Shown in pieces: positions 30,441 through 40,123 of a stretch of 64,000 bases of DNA. Both the position numbers and the translations under genes were made by a program. How positions within the stretch are numbered: position 1 is the first letter of the stretch; each line of letters opens with the position of its first letter. Origin of the DNA: Candidatus Hydrogenedentota bacterium (GTDB lineage Bacteria > Hydrogenedentota > Hydrogenedentia > Hydrogenedentales > SLHB01); assembly GCA_963668025.2 (NCBI GenBank), contig CAXXTH010000010.1, forward strand, positions 832,001-896,000, read 5' to 3'. A model generated the notes under the pieces. It ran no database searches and had not been told where the DNA came from. It worked only from the letters and a program-made list of their open reading frames with translations.

Positions 30441-31247
30441 TTGCTAACGACACGGTTGAGGCAATGGTTCTTGAAGCGTTTCATCGTTATTTCCGAAATA
30501 ATCGGATATGCCTTGTCCGCCGCCGTCGGCTTGGGGATTCTCTATAGCGTATTCGTCGAGGTGGAAATCCTTACGAAAGTCAAAGGGGAGTTGCGGCCCT
30601 CTTGTATGGAAATAAAAGAGGGCGCGGATGCGCTATTCATCGAGTACTTGGCCGCATCCGGTGAGCATGTCGCCAAAGGGCAGCCTATCTTGCGGGTGTC
30701 TGTTGATGATGCCAGCAAGCGAAGCATATTGCTGCGACATCAATTGGAGGAAGCCGTGGCCAGCCTCGAGTCCGATTCGAGCGGCGAGTCGCAAGCGTCG
30801 CTTGAGGATGCGCGGCGCGCATTGGCTGCGTTGCCGCCTGCCGAAGAAAAAGTAGAGACGCTGGCGGCTCCTTGTGGCGGGTTTTTCCAGCCATTGGCAG
30901 GCGTCCGCGAAAACGATGTGGTTCCAGCGGGCAGCGCGCTGGCGCGAGTTTATGACATGTCTGTATTGCGGCTGGATAGTGTTCAGGGCGATGCCCGCAT
31001 CGCGGATGGACAGGAAGCCCGGGCGGTTATTCCTGGCATGCAGGAACGCCTTGTTGGCCAGGTGTCTGTCATCATGGCTCCATCGAACCATGTTTCCATA
31101 TCGTTCCAAGACGCGCCGCAGGCCGCCCGCGAGATTATGTTCGCTTCGTTGTTTGGAAAAAGCGAAGAGAAGCTGGATGCCGTGGAAGCCGAGGTGGTCG
31201 TGGGGCATCAAAGCCTTTTCAAAAAAATGTTCGGGCGCAGGCAATAG
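30441..31247 (+). CDS. HlyD/membrane-fusion-like protein
   Basis: Single N-terminal TM; lipoyl half-motifs GEHVAKGQPILRV and LAAPCGG...VVPAGSALARV flanking a short helical hairpin. Confidence 0.65.
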   Translation: MLTTRLRQWFLKRFIVISEIIGYALSAAVGLGILYSVFVEVEILTKVKGELRPSCMEIKEGADALFIEYLAASGEHVAKGQPILRVSVDDASKRSILLRHQLEEAVASLESDSSGESQASLEDARRALAALPPAEEKVETLAAPCGGFFQPLAGVRENDVVPAGSALARVYDMSVLRLDSVQGDARIADGQEARAVIPGMQERLVGQVSVIMAPSNHVSISFQDAPQAAREIMFASLFGKSEEKLDAVEAEVVVGHQSLFKKMFGRRQ

Positions 31248-31348
31248 CGATGGAATGCGCCTTCATGCGCTGATCTAGTTTCCGCCAGTTTTCTTCGTGA
31301 GTTCCATGAAATGTTTTCCAAACCAGGCATGTTAAGGTGCTTTAGCGC

Positions 31349-31412
31349 AGGTGATTTTGTCCTGGTAATTGGTGACATCTTGCGCGCTTGAATGTAAGAG
31401 CCGCCGTACAAT
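31349..31412 (+). promoter_or_regulatory. Tandem AraC-type site plus -10 box upstream of prepilin gene
   Basis: AGGTGATTTTGT (31349) and TGGTGACATCTT (31370), 21-bp period; TACAAT at 31407; poor -35. Confidence 0.65.
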
Positions 31413-31520
31413 TCATGCCAGGATAGGTTCCATGGCGGCGGTGCGGAGTCTTTTCAAATCTGTTCGTTGCCAAGTATATCAGTGCGGCCATTATAGGTTT
31501 TTTTCAACACAGGAAAGGTG

Positions 31521-32552
31521 ATGAGCGAAATGGTTACTCGGAAAAAGGGTTTCACCCTCATTGAGTTGCTGGTGGTGATTGCGATCATCGCAATTCTTGC
31601 GGCGATTTTGTTGCCCGCGCTGGCCCGGGCGCGCGAGGCGGCCCGCCGTGCGTCGTGCTCCAGCAATCTGAAGCAATTTGGCATTATTTTTAAGATGTAC
31701 AGCAATGAGACGAAGGGCGGCATGTATCCGGGCATGCAAGACTGGCGCATCAACGGCCTCGGCTGGCTGATGGGCTTGCCCGCCGAATCCTTATATCCGG
31801 ATTACTGGAATGATCCAGCCATAGTGGTGTGTCCGTCGGATAGCCATGCGAACGGCGACAAAAATCTAGAAAATGTCACTATCCCGGAGAACGTGTCCGA
31901 TGCCTTGACTGAGGTTAATCAAGGCCTGGCGGCGTCCAAGGCTTGCACGGGCGCGTTATTGGCGCATCCCATGTCGTACATCTATGTGCCTTATGCCGTC
32001 CGCACCGCGACGCAGGTGATACTCGTGGGGGTCACGCAAGCGGGCATGATATTGAAAGCAGGGGTGGAAGCATCCTATACCAAGACAGATTTGGTGAATG
32101 CGGGCTGCCCCTCGACATGGACAAGCGTATACCATTTTAAGGATCCGGAACGGGATATCGAATCGGCTGATATCAAATTGTACATGTGGGGCGGCCTGAC
32201 GTACACGGACGAGGACGAGGAGCCTTGGCCGGCAACGGTGCCCCGTCTCAAGGCTGGGATCGAACGATTCTTTATTACCGACATCAACAATCCCGCAAGC
32301 GCTGCTATGTCGGAGAGCGCCCTATTGGTGATGTTCGACTCGTGGGGCGCATCCCGGTATTGGGGCGGCGCGGGCTACAACGAAGTGCTCGGGTTCAACC
32401 ATTCGCCGGGCGGCGCGAACCTGCTGTTCATGGACGGGCATGTCGAATTTGGCCGATATCCCAGCAAGTGGCTGCCCAAAGGCGACACTACAGCCCCGTT
32501 AATGGCGGGCCAGACCGCGTACAACATGGCTACATGGGGCGGACAAGGCTGA
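31521..32552 (+). CDS. Prepilin-type N-terminal cleavage/methylation protein, DUF1559 / H-X9-DG family
   Basis: [42 protein letters not shown]; C-terminal [16 protein letters not shown]. Confidence 0.95.
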   Translation: MSEMVTRKKGFTLIELLVVIAIIAILAAILLPALARAREAARRASCSSNLKQFGIIFKMYSNETKGGMYPGMQDWRINGLGWLMGLPAESLYPDYWNDPAIVVCPSDSHANGDKNLENVTIPENVSDALTEVNQGLAASKACTGALLAHPMSYIYVPYAVRTATQVILVGVTQAGMILKAGVEASYTKTDLVNAGCPSTWTSVYHFKDPERDIESADIKLYMWGGLTYTDEDEEPWPATVPRLKAGIERFFITDINNPASAAMSESALLVMFDSWGASRYWGGAGYNEVLGFNHSPGGANLLFMDGHVEFGRYPSKWLPKGDTTAPLMAGQTAYNMATWGGQG

Positions 32553-32725
32553 CGCTCCTAGTATCAAGTGGTTAGCGCGGCTTTCGTCTGGAAATGGGCC
32601 CGAATGGATCATTCTGGATAGAGGCTTCTACTAAAAAGCAGATCTCGTGTGTTTGATAAGCAATGAGGGGTCTGTTGTCCTTTAAAAAGCTCAGAATACT
32701 CTTGGAATGAATAGGGAGTGGCGGT

Positions 32726-34755
32726 GTGCGCACTATAGAATTAAACGAAACAGTATATCGGGATAAAGTCATGGGGTGCTGGCTGGGTAAAAACGCTGGC
32801 GGCACCTTGGGCACTCCACTCGAGAAGGGCGTACGGATACCGCGAGCCGTTTAACCTATCGTTTTATACGCATATCCAAGAGGGCGGCTCCCCTAACGAT
32901 GACCTAGAGCTTCAGATCATCTGGCTGATGGCCCTCGAGGAGCGCGGCCTTGGCATCACCTGCCGGGATTTGGCGGAGTATTGGCCCAATCATATTGGAT
33001 ATAATTTTGACGAGTATGGCTACTTCAAGCAAAATTTGCGTTCCGGCCTTTGTCCGCCGGTCGCCAGTTGGTTTAATAATCCTTTTCGGGATTGCATGGG
33101 CTCCCCCATTCGTTCGGAGATCTGGGCTTGCATTGCACCCGGCCTGCCCGATGTCGCCGCACACTATGCCTGGCATGACGCTATTTGTGACCATGCGGGC
33201 GGCGAATCCGTCTATGGCGAAATATTCAATGCCGTGCTGGAATCCGCGGCGTTCGTGGTTTCGGACCGGGAGGCCTTGCTGGATATTGGCTTATCCGCAA
33301 TTCCCGAGGAATGCAAGACGGCCCAGACTATCCGAAAGGCGCGGGAGGCGCATCGCCAAGGAATGAGCTGGCTCGATGCGCGCAACGCGGTCTTGGACTT
33401 CGCCTATCATTTTAACGCCCAGTATTCGCCGGTGAATCTGGGATTCCTCACCATAGGATGGCTGTATGGGGAGGATTTCGGCGATTCTCTGTGTAAAGCA
33501 GTGAATTGTGGATATGACACGGATTGCACCGCGGCCACGCTTGGGGCCATCCTCGGGATCATCAACGGCGCCAGCGCGCTTCCCGGGAAATGGATCAAGC
33601 CCCTTGGCAACACCATCGCCACCACGCCGCCGCCCGGCATCATGCACTTGGACAAGCCCAACACCACGGATGAATTGACGGACAGGGTCATCGTCATCGG
33701 GCGGCAGTTGCTGACCAAGCACTACAGCCGCATCCGTCTTGTGGAAGGAACGCCCTCCACGAATGGTTGCGACCCTAATGAGCTGGTGGGATGCGCATGC
33801 CATGCAGGCCATTTTAGGCCGTTCATATGACACTGTCGTTCATACGCTGAGTGCCGTCGAGGTATTGGTGCGTTATCCAGAAAAGCCGGGCATATCGATG
33901 TCCAAGCCGTTGAAGGTGCAAATCTCCCTGAAGAATCGTGGCCCTCAACCGCTGGTGGGCGTTCTTCGATTGCAGTTGCCTGATGGATTTAGCTGTGATA
34001 CGCCAGACCCGCAGCCTTTTAGGATCGACGGGAAGAGCCAGGCTTTCTTGGGCGTTTATAACGATCACGGCGGAGGAGCCATCTAGACTATTGAACGTCA
34101 ACCGGGCGTGGATCTTCCTCGATATCGAAAAACGTTCCTCCACGGAGGCTGTTCCGATCACCATGATTGGCGCTAAACGCTGGCAGGTCTCGAAGTTCTA
34201 TCCGGGGCAAACGCTCGATAACGAAGATGAGGGTCTAAACGGGAATGGATGCATGGAGCCAGATGCCGTGGCCGGACTGGTTCGGCAATGAACTGGATGC
34301 CGAGCCGTTCTTCCATCAAACGCCGGGGATTGGTTTATCTCCAGCATTACTTGTGGAATCCCCAGTCCCGGCCCGTTCGATTGTGTGTCGCTAACTCTTA
34401 CAAGATGAAGCAATGGGTCAACGGCGTCGAGCGGAACTACACCAAGAAAGTGGTTCCATGCCGCCCAGCGCTATGGGGGGATACGGATCCCGATCTCGAA
34501 TGGCAGACGGATGAAAATGGACACCGCCTTATTGGGCATATTAACAGCAACGATATGGAGCTCCCCTATGGCTGGAACCATATCCTCATCAAGCTTGAAC
34601 GGGGAGCCGAGCTTATCGAGGCATACTTTACCGTGGCGAGCCTTCCTGATTTCCACGGGCTGGACGATCTGGAGCAAACGCGCTTTCCATGGGACGCGCC
34701 CGGGCCGGAGTATGCCCGGCGGAACTACTCGGATGATTTCATTTTCGCGAAGTGA
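32726..34755 (+). pseudogene. ADP-ribosylglycohydrolase-family protein with C-terminal beta domains, broken by about 4 frameshifts (or sequencing errors)
   Basis: YRDKVMGCWLGKNAGGTLGTPLE from GTG 32726 shifts near 32827 into the PNDD...GYDTDCTAATLG frame (32928-33830), then continues through the overlapping ORFs 33739-34086, 33938-34291 and 34249-34755. Confidence 0.75.
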
Positions 34756-34793
34756 GTGTTGGCGTTTTGGCATCTACAGCGAGGGATTTACCC

Positions 34794-37115
34794 ATGCCAT
34801 TTCCGTTTCATTCGTGTTGGCGCATGACCCTATTCACATTCGCGGGTTTTATGCCGCTCATCCATGCGGCGGCCGGGCCGGATGTAGTTTCCTGGGATGA
34901 AGCCGTGCAGCAAGGCGCGTTTGTAAAAGATGGGCTGGAGTCGTTCCACAATCCGCAATATCAGTATGAGTGCCTTGGGCTTGGCGGAACCACTATGCGG
35001 GTGGGGCCTTATGGCTTCACGAGGCCGGGCGCTCATTGGGTGCATCCAAACGGCTACCTCGAACACCAGCCCTACTTGGCTTATCAATACTGGTGGGACG
35101 ACGAGGCGCACCGGCATATTCCTTTTGACCTTACAGGCGGATATGGCAAGGAACTCGAACCAGGGCAAATTACATCGTTTCATCAGAATCTAGACATTGC
35201 AAGCGGGCTGCTAACGATTGATCTGGACCTTCGCGCCGATCTGGTTGGGGCGGGCCTTTACGAAATCGGCCAGCATGCATTCCATTCCCGCCGCGAGATG
35301 TTCATCACGCCCGAGGGCGTGCTGGTGATACGTGTGGCGGACTCGCCCGAGGCCACGCTTCCATTCCAGATGCGCGTGGATGCCAACCAATGGGTGCGCA
35401 TCTATCTCAACATGGGCATATACAAAAAAGAGCACGAAAAATGGACGGGAACCGCCATTCAGAAGCCTAATGGCATGGTGATCACAGGCACTCGCCCGAA
35501 ATCATGTGTCGCGACGCTGGCCGTAGCCGTCGAAACTTCGGAGCCGTATGTTGACGAAAAAGCGTTTTTGTTGGGAGCATCCAAACCTGGGCAAGCCGTG
35601 ACGTTCTACATCGCGCCCGGTTCGTCGTATGAAAGTCCAGACCCAGCCGCCGCGGCATGGGCAAAAGCGGAACAAGCGCGCACACAGGGCTACGACGCCC
35701 AACGAAAAGCCACATCGGACTGGTGGGCGGCTTTTTACGGGCGTTCGGCGGTGAGCCTGCCAGACCGCACCCTTGCCACTTGGTACGCCCGGTCCATGTA
35801 TTACCACGGCGTATACTTTGGCAATACGGATATACCGCCTGGCTGCAACAGCACGAGCACCGAAAGCTTTGCCGGGGCCATATGCCCCGAATACGATTTG
35901 GTTCTCAGCCAAATGGCGCTCGTGTATACCAACCATTTTGACGAATCGCGGCGCGTGGTGGATTGGATCAACCGCGCCTTGCCCCGCGCCGAACAATACG
36001 CTAAAGAAGGCTTGACCCTGCATAACGTATCCGTCAAATACAGCGGCGGCGCGAAATATAGCTCACTCATGGGTTACGACGGCTCCATCCTGCTTCCTCC
36101 CACCGAGGGCGAAGGAGTGAACGCCTATGGAAACTTCGCGGGTATAAACGCCGCCGTGATGTCGCTCGCTTACCTGGATTGCTCCGGAGACGCCCGGTAT
36201 GAGGAACTCGCCAAACGCGTCCTTAAGGAAACCACCCAGGTGGCGCTCGAGGATCTCGAGTGGCGGCCCGACTTCAATGCCTACGTGGACAAGCATATGC
36301 CGAGTACCGTCCAGCAGACCGCCGCCATCTTCGGCGTGAAAGAATCCCTTCGCCGTGGCGTGGCCGAGCCAGACTGGGAAAAATATGCGGATAAGATCCT
36401 CCTGCCTACAGCGGATTTTGAGGGCGAAAAAGTCATGATTGTAGGCCCGGGCGGTGTCCCCATCCAAGATTATGGCGATGCGACCTGGATGATTCCGGTA
36501 TGGTGGTATTGCACCATGCAAGGAAACGACCCCATTGCCCGCGCCAGTTACGGCCTATTTCATCACTCGTTGACGGGCAATTATGTTTTCAATAACGGCT
36601 GGATGGGCGTATACGCCGCAAAGCTGCGCGATGGGGAGGAGGCTTTCCGCTGGGCGAGGCAGATGATTCAGCCGGGCGTCACGCTGTTTGATGACACCTG
36701 TTTCGGCGAGATTGTCGTGGACGCCGAGGACTTTAAGAAGACTCCGGAAATTGCCGCGCATGGCTCGCTCATCTGCAACATCACGCAGATGCTTCTCGAT
36801 CCGGATGCGGAGGACGCCATTACGGTTTTCCCGGCCATTCCCGCCGAATGGGAGGTAAAAGGCGTTGCGTTCAAGAATCTGGCCGCGAAAGGCGCTATTC
36901 TCGTGTCCGGCGAATTCCAGTCCTCAGCGGTGCGGGTCTCCATTGAAAACCGTTCAACGAAGGCCGCCACGCGAATCTTGCGCGTCCGGATGCCTCAAGG
37001 TGCTACGAAGCTACGCAACGCCCCGGACGGTGCGCGGTTCGAGGATGGCTGGGCGGTTATCGCCGGAGTGGAATTACCCCCGCAGCAATCGTTGCAGTTT
37101 ACATTTGAACCATAG
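34794..37115 (+). CDS. Secreted GH95/GH65-like (alpha/alpha)6 glycoside hydrolase
   Basis: Signal-like N-terminus; QNLDIASG, WWAAFYGRSAVSLPD and C-terminal ITVFPAIPAEW..AFKNLAAKG..LVSG pattern. Confidence 0.6.
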   Translation: MPFPFHSCWRMTLFTFAGFMPLIHAAAGPDVVSWDEAVQQGAFVKDGLESFHNPQYQYECLGLGGTTMRVGPYGFTRPGAHWVHPNGYLEHQPYLAYQYWWDDEAHRHIPFDLTGGYGKELEPGQITSFHQNLDIASGLLTIDLDLRADLVGAGLYEIGQHAFHSRREMFITPEGVLVIRVADSPEATLPFQMRVDANQWVRIYLNMGIYKKEHEKWTGTAIQKPNGMVITGTRPKSCVATLAVAVETSEPYVDEKAFLLGASKPGQAVTFYIAPGSSYESPDPAAAAWAKAEQARTQGYDAQRKATSDWWAAFYGRSAVSLPDRTLATWYARSMYYHGVYFGNTDIPPGCNSTSTESFAGAICPEYDLVLSQMALVYTNHFDESRRVVDWINRALPRAEQYAKEGLTLHNVSVKYSGGAKYSSLMGYDGSILLPPTEGEGVNAYGNFAGINAAVMSLAYLDCSGDARYEELAKRVLKETTQVALEDLEWRPDFNAYVDKHMPSTVQQTAAIFGVKESLRRGVAEPDWEKYADKILLPTADFEGEKVMIVGPGGVPIQDYGDATWMIPVWWYCTMQGNDPIARASYGLFHHSLTGNYVFNNGWMGVYAAKLRDGEEAFRWARQMIQPGVTLFDDTCFGEIVVDAEDFKKTPEIAAHGSLICNITQMLLDPDAEDAITVFPAIPAEWEVKGVAFKNLAAKGAILVSGEFQSSAVRVSIENRSTKAATRILRVRMPQGATKLRNAPDGARFEDGWAVIAGVELPPQQSLQFTFEP

Positions 37116-37227
37116 GATATATCCAAGGCTCACCCGGTGGATGGAGATAGTCCTATTGCCTGGTGCGGCCAGCAGGTTTTTAGCGGTTTTTATGCGGTAA
37201 ATTTGGCTTTTCTGAACATAAGGAGGG

Positions 37228-37291
37228 TGGTGATATCGTCTTTTTTTCTGGTGAGATCGTTGGAGCGGAGCCACGGTTCCTGCGCTAGAAT
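37228..37291 (+). promoter_or_regulatory. Tandem AraC-type site plus -10 box
   Basis: TGGTGATATCGT (37228) and TGGTGAGATCGT (37249); TAGAAT at 37286. Confidence 0.7.
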
Positions 37292-37358
37292 ACCCATTAT
37301 GGAATCGTGAATTTTGACGAGGGTGTTGTACAAAAAGGAAAACTGAGGAGGGCTTATA

Positions 37359-38093
37359 ATGAAGAGCGGATTTGGGCGGGTATTGTTTCTTTCGCTGCTC
37401 GCAGCAGGCATGCTGGCAGCCAATGCGTCTGCGGATACCCATTGGGTGGGAACCGTAAGTAATGATTGGGCCGATGCAGGGAACTGGGATAACGGGGTTC
37501 CTGCGGCAGGAGCGGGAAATGGCAATGCGATCGTCAATCCAGACGGCGTAAATGGCGATCCGGTCGTCAGCACCGCAGGCAACACCACCGACATAGGCGT
37601 GTATATTTCGATTAATGGTGTTGGAATGACCATTACTTCCGGAGGTGAATTAAATATCACGGACACGTTGGTAACTGGAGTATGGGGTGACAGCGGACTG
37701 GTTACCACGGCCGGGACACTTACTATTGGCGGTTATTTGAACGTAGGAGCGGGCGCATTTGATGGCGACCTGCTGATTACCGGCGGCACGGTGACGGCTG
37801 CGAATCTCTCGATCAACACCACCAACGGCGCAGGCATTGATATGACCGGCGGCCAGCTCATTTTCCCATCTTCAAATTTGGGCAATGTGAACTACTGGAT
37901 CGAGCATAGCAATATTACGGCATTCGGCGGCGCGGGGACGATAAATGTCGATGAGACGACTAGCCCCGGAAATATCATTCTTACGCCCGTTGGCGGTGAA
38001 GAAGAGAGTCTTCCTGCTGCTGGGATTTTGGGGCTTGGATTACTGGCGGTTTCGCTGGGCCTGGGCGCACGCTCGGTGTTGCGCAAGAAATAG
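37359..38093 (+). CDS. Surface protein with beta-helix-like G/T/N-rich body and C-terminal LPAAG-TM-basic sorting tail
   Basis: Signal peptide, W.G....W....NW..GVP opening motif, tail EEESLPAAGILGLGLLAVSLGLGARSVLRKK; GAGGAGG RBS. Confidence 0.8.
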   Translation: MKSGFGRVLFLSLLAAGMLAANASADTHWVGTVSNDWADAGNWDNGVPAAGAGNGNAIVNPDGVNGDPVVSTAGNTTDIGVYISINGVGMTITSGGELNITDTLVTGVWGDSGLVTTAGTLTIGGYLNVGAGAFDGDLLITGGTVTAANLSINTTNGAGIDMTGGQLIFPSSNLGNVNYWIEHSNITAFGGAGTINVDETTSPGNIILTPVGGEEESLPAAGILGLGLLAVSLGLGARSVLRKK

Positions 38094-38103
38094 CCAATAC
38101 ATC

Positions 38104-38140
38104 AAGAAGGCCGCCACGGCATTTGATGGCGGCCTTCTTT
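38104..38140 (+). terminator. Intrinsic terminator
   Basis: AAGAAGGCCGCCA / TGGCGGCCTTCTT 13-bp stem right after the stop codon. Confidence 0.75.
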
Positions 38141-38149
38141 AATGATGCC

Positions 38150-38197
38150 GTGGCATGGGCGTCCCGCCCATGTCCATGGCCGAGACGGCCATGCTAC
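38150..38197. repeat. REP doublet, GT(G/A)GCATGG-CGTC family
   Basis: GTGGCATGGGCGTCCCGCCCATG followed by inverted GTAGCATGGCCGTCTCGGCCATG; further copies at 42011-42033 and 44213-44235. Confidence 0.8.
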
Positions 38198-38257
38198 GGA
38201 AGGGGAAAATCCGTCTGCTTGGCTGCATCTGATCTTGAATCGCTCTAATCGTTAAAT

Positions 38258-38322
38258 GGTGGGGCAAGCCCCACCCTACAACATCCCAGTAATATTTTAG
38301 TGTATTTACTGCATTTCGTGGT
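38258..38322 (-). repeat. Inverted copy of the composite REP-like element at 23188
   Basis: Minus strand ACCACGAAATGCAGTAAATACACTAAAAT...GTAGGGTGGGGCTTGCCCCACC. Confidence 0.75.
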
Positions 38323-38356
38323 CTCAAATCCGGATCTTTATGGGAAAGGGGGCGTT

Positions 38357-39931
38357 ATGAAAGGCGCGGCTGTATTGGCGCTGGTTCTGTTAGGCATGCC
38401 ATTGGCGGATACTCATGCAGAGGAAGCCGATATGCGCATTCAAATGGATGTAAACCATCTGGACCGGCTGACGCAGGCCAACATGCGTGTGGCGGCAAAG
38501 AAGGCCAATGTCGATAGCGATCCGTACAAACCGATATTCCACCTCATGCCCGAGGCGGGTGGTTGCGGTGATCCCAATGGTCCGATCTACGCCAAAGGCA
38601 AGTACCATATGTTTTTCCAGCATTCCCCAGAGCTCGAATGGGGCGTGCCGCCGGAAAAATGGGAGGGAGGCCAGCCAGGTTATAGCGGCACCGGCTGGGG
38701 GCACGTATCGAGCGTGGATGGCGTGTATTGGGAGCATGAACCGATTGCGCTCATGCCCGAACGAGGCTCGTATGACCCCAATCTCTGCGCGTCGGGTTCG
38801 GCGGTGATTGCCGATGATGGCACGCCGACGATCTTCTATACCGCCGCTGAACCGCAAACGCAGTGTATCGCGCGCAGCCAAGACCCCAATCTGCACTGGT
38901 GGCTGAAAGATGAAAACAATCCCATACTCGTGGAGCCGGATATCCCCAACTTCGTGAAGGGCGGCTTCCGCGACCCCTTCCTCTGGCGCGAGGGCGCTAC
39001 CTGGAATATGATCGTCTGTGGGGCTGTCCGGGGAGTGGGCGGCATGGTGCCCCATTTCCAGTCGGAAAATCTGACCGATTGGACTTATGTCGGGCCTTTC
39101 GCAGCCGGAATGGGCGAGCACTGCATCGCATGGGAAGTCCCCACTTTCATCCGTTTTGGCGGCATGGGCGTTCTCATTGTGTCGCCTCTCTTCGACAATT
39201 TACAAGATACCGATCATGCGCCGCGAGGCGATGTGTCTTATACGATTGCCCCATATGGCGGCAATAGCGATATCAAGCCGGGCGCGTGGAAACGCTTGGA
39301 TATGGGCAGCCCTAACCACTTTTGTGCGACGCAATGCATGCAGGCGCCGGATGGGCGCTGGCTGCTTTGGGGGATGAATCAAGGCGGCAGTTCGGAGGGG
39401 CATCATTGGTCCACGAATCTGTCCCTGCCCCGTGTCATCACACTGCGTCCTGATGGCCTGCTGGGACAAGAACCGCCGGAAGAATTGCAAAAACTGCGCC
39501 GGGCGCATTGGGGCGCGGCGGAGCAAGCCCTTGACGGCGAATACCGGTTAGGCATCGACAGCAATACCTGTGAGATCCTCGCCGAGATTGAACTGGGCGG
39601 CGCAAGCATCGTCGGACTGGATGTTCGCGGCGCTGGCGACTTCAGTACGAAGAGCCGCATCGCATACGATGTGGCGAATCGAAAACTCAACCTTGATGCC
39701 CACAGCGCCGATTTTGAGTTACTGCCAGGCGAGGATGTGCTGAGAATCCATGCTTTCGTGGACCGCAGTGTTTTCGAAGTGTTCATCAACCGCAGGGAAT
39801 GCGGCACGTTCCGGCCTATGTACAATATCGAAGACAAGGCGATACGCCTGTTCAGTGAAGGCGGCGCCGCGCATATCCGTTCCGTCGATGTCTGGGAAAT
39901 GGGCTCGATTTGGGCGAAGGAAGCGAAGTGA
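38357..39931 (+). CDS. Secreted GH32-family glycoside hydrolase
   Basis: GCGDPNG (WMNDPNG variant), WGHVSS.D, SGSAV, FRDP, WEVP and C-terminal FVDRSVFEVF. Confidence 0.9.
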   Translation: MKGAAVLALVLLGMPLADTHAEEADMRIQMDVNHLDRLTQANMRVAAKKANVDSDPYKPIFHLMPEAGGCGDPNGPIYAKGKYHMFFQHSPELEWGVPPEKWEGGQPGYSGTGWGHVSSVDGVYWEHEPIALMPERGSYDPNLCASGSAVIADDGTPTIFYTAAEPQTQCIARSQDPNLHWWLKDENNPILVEPDIPNFVKGGFRDPFLWREGATWNMIVCGAVRGVGGMVPHFQSENLTDWTYVGPFAAGMGEHCIAWEVPTFIRFGGMGVLIVSPLFDNLQDTDHAPRGDVSYTIAPYGGNSDIKPGAWKRLDMGSPNHFCATQCMQAPDGRWLLWGMNQGGSSEGHHWSTNLSLPRVITLRPDGLLGQEPPEELQKLRRAHWGAAEQALDGEYRLGIDSNTCEILAEIELGGASIVGLDVRGAGDFSTKSRIAYDVANRKLNLDAHSADFELLPGEDVLRIHAFVDRSVFEVFINRRECGTFRPMYNIEDKAIRLFSEGGAAHIRSVDVWEMGSIWAKEAK

Positions 39932-39940
39932 CAGCCTTCT

Positions 39941-40105
39941 TTCACCACGGGGACACGGGGAGGCACGGGGAACGTGATTGTGGTCAAAAGTAAATACCAA
40001 TAATACCGCCAATGAACCATCAGAAAATGCGGCATGCGTTCAAGAAATTATAGGCTTAGAGACATGGCATGCGTTCCCCCGTGTTCTCCGTGTCCCTGTG
40101 GTGAA
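39941..40105. repeat. Inverted pair of TTCACCACGGGGACACGG-type repeats between convergent genes
   Basis: 39941-39972 with near reverse-complement at 40074-40105; single related copy at 28601-28626. Confidence 0.7.
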
Positions 40106-40123
40106 AATTCAATCACAGGCCGC

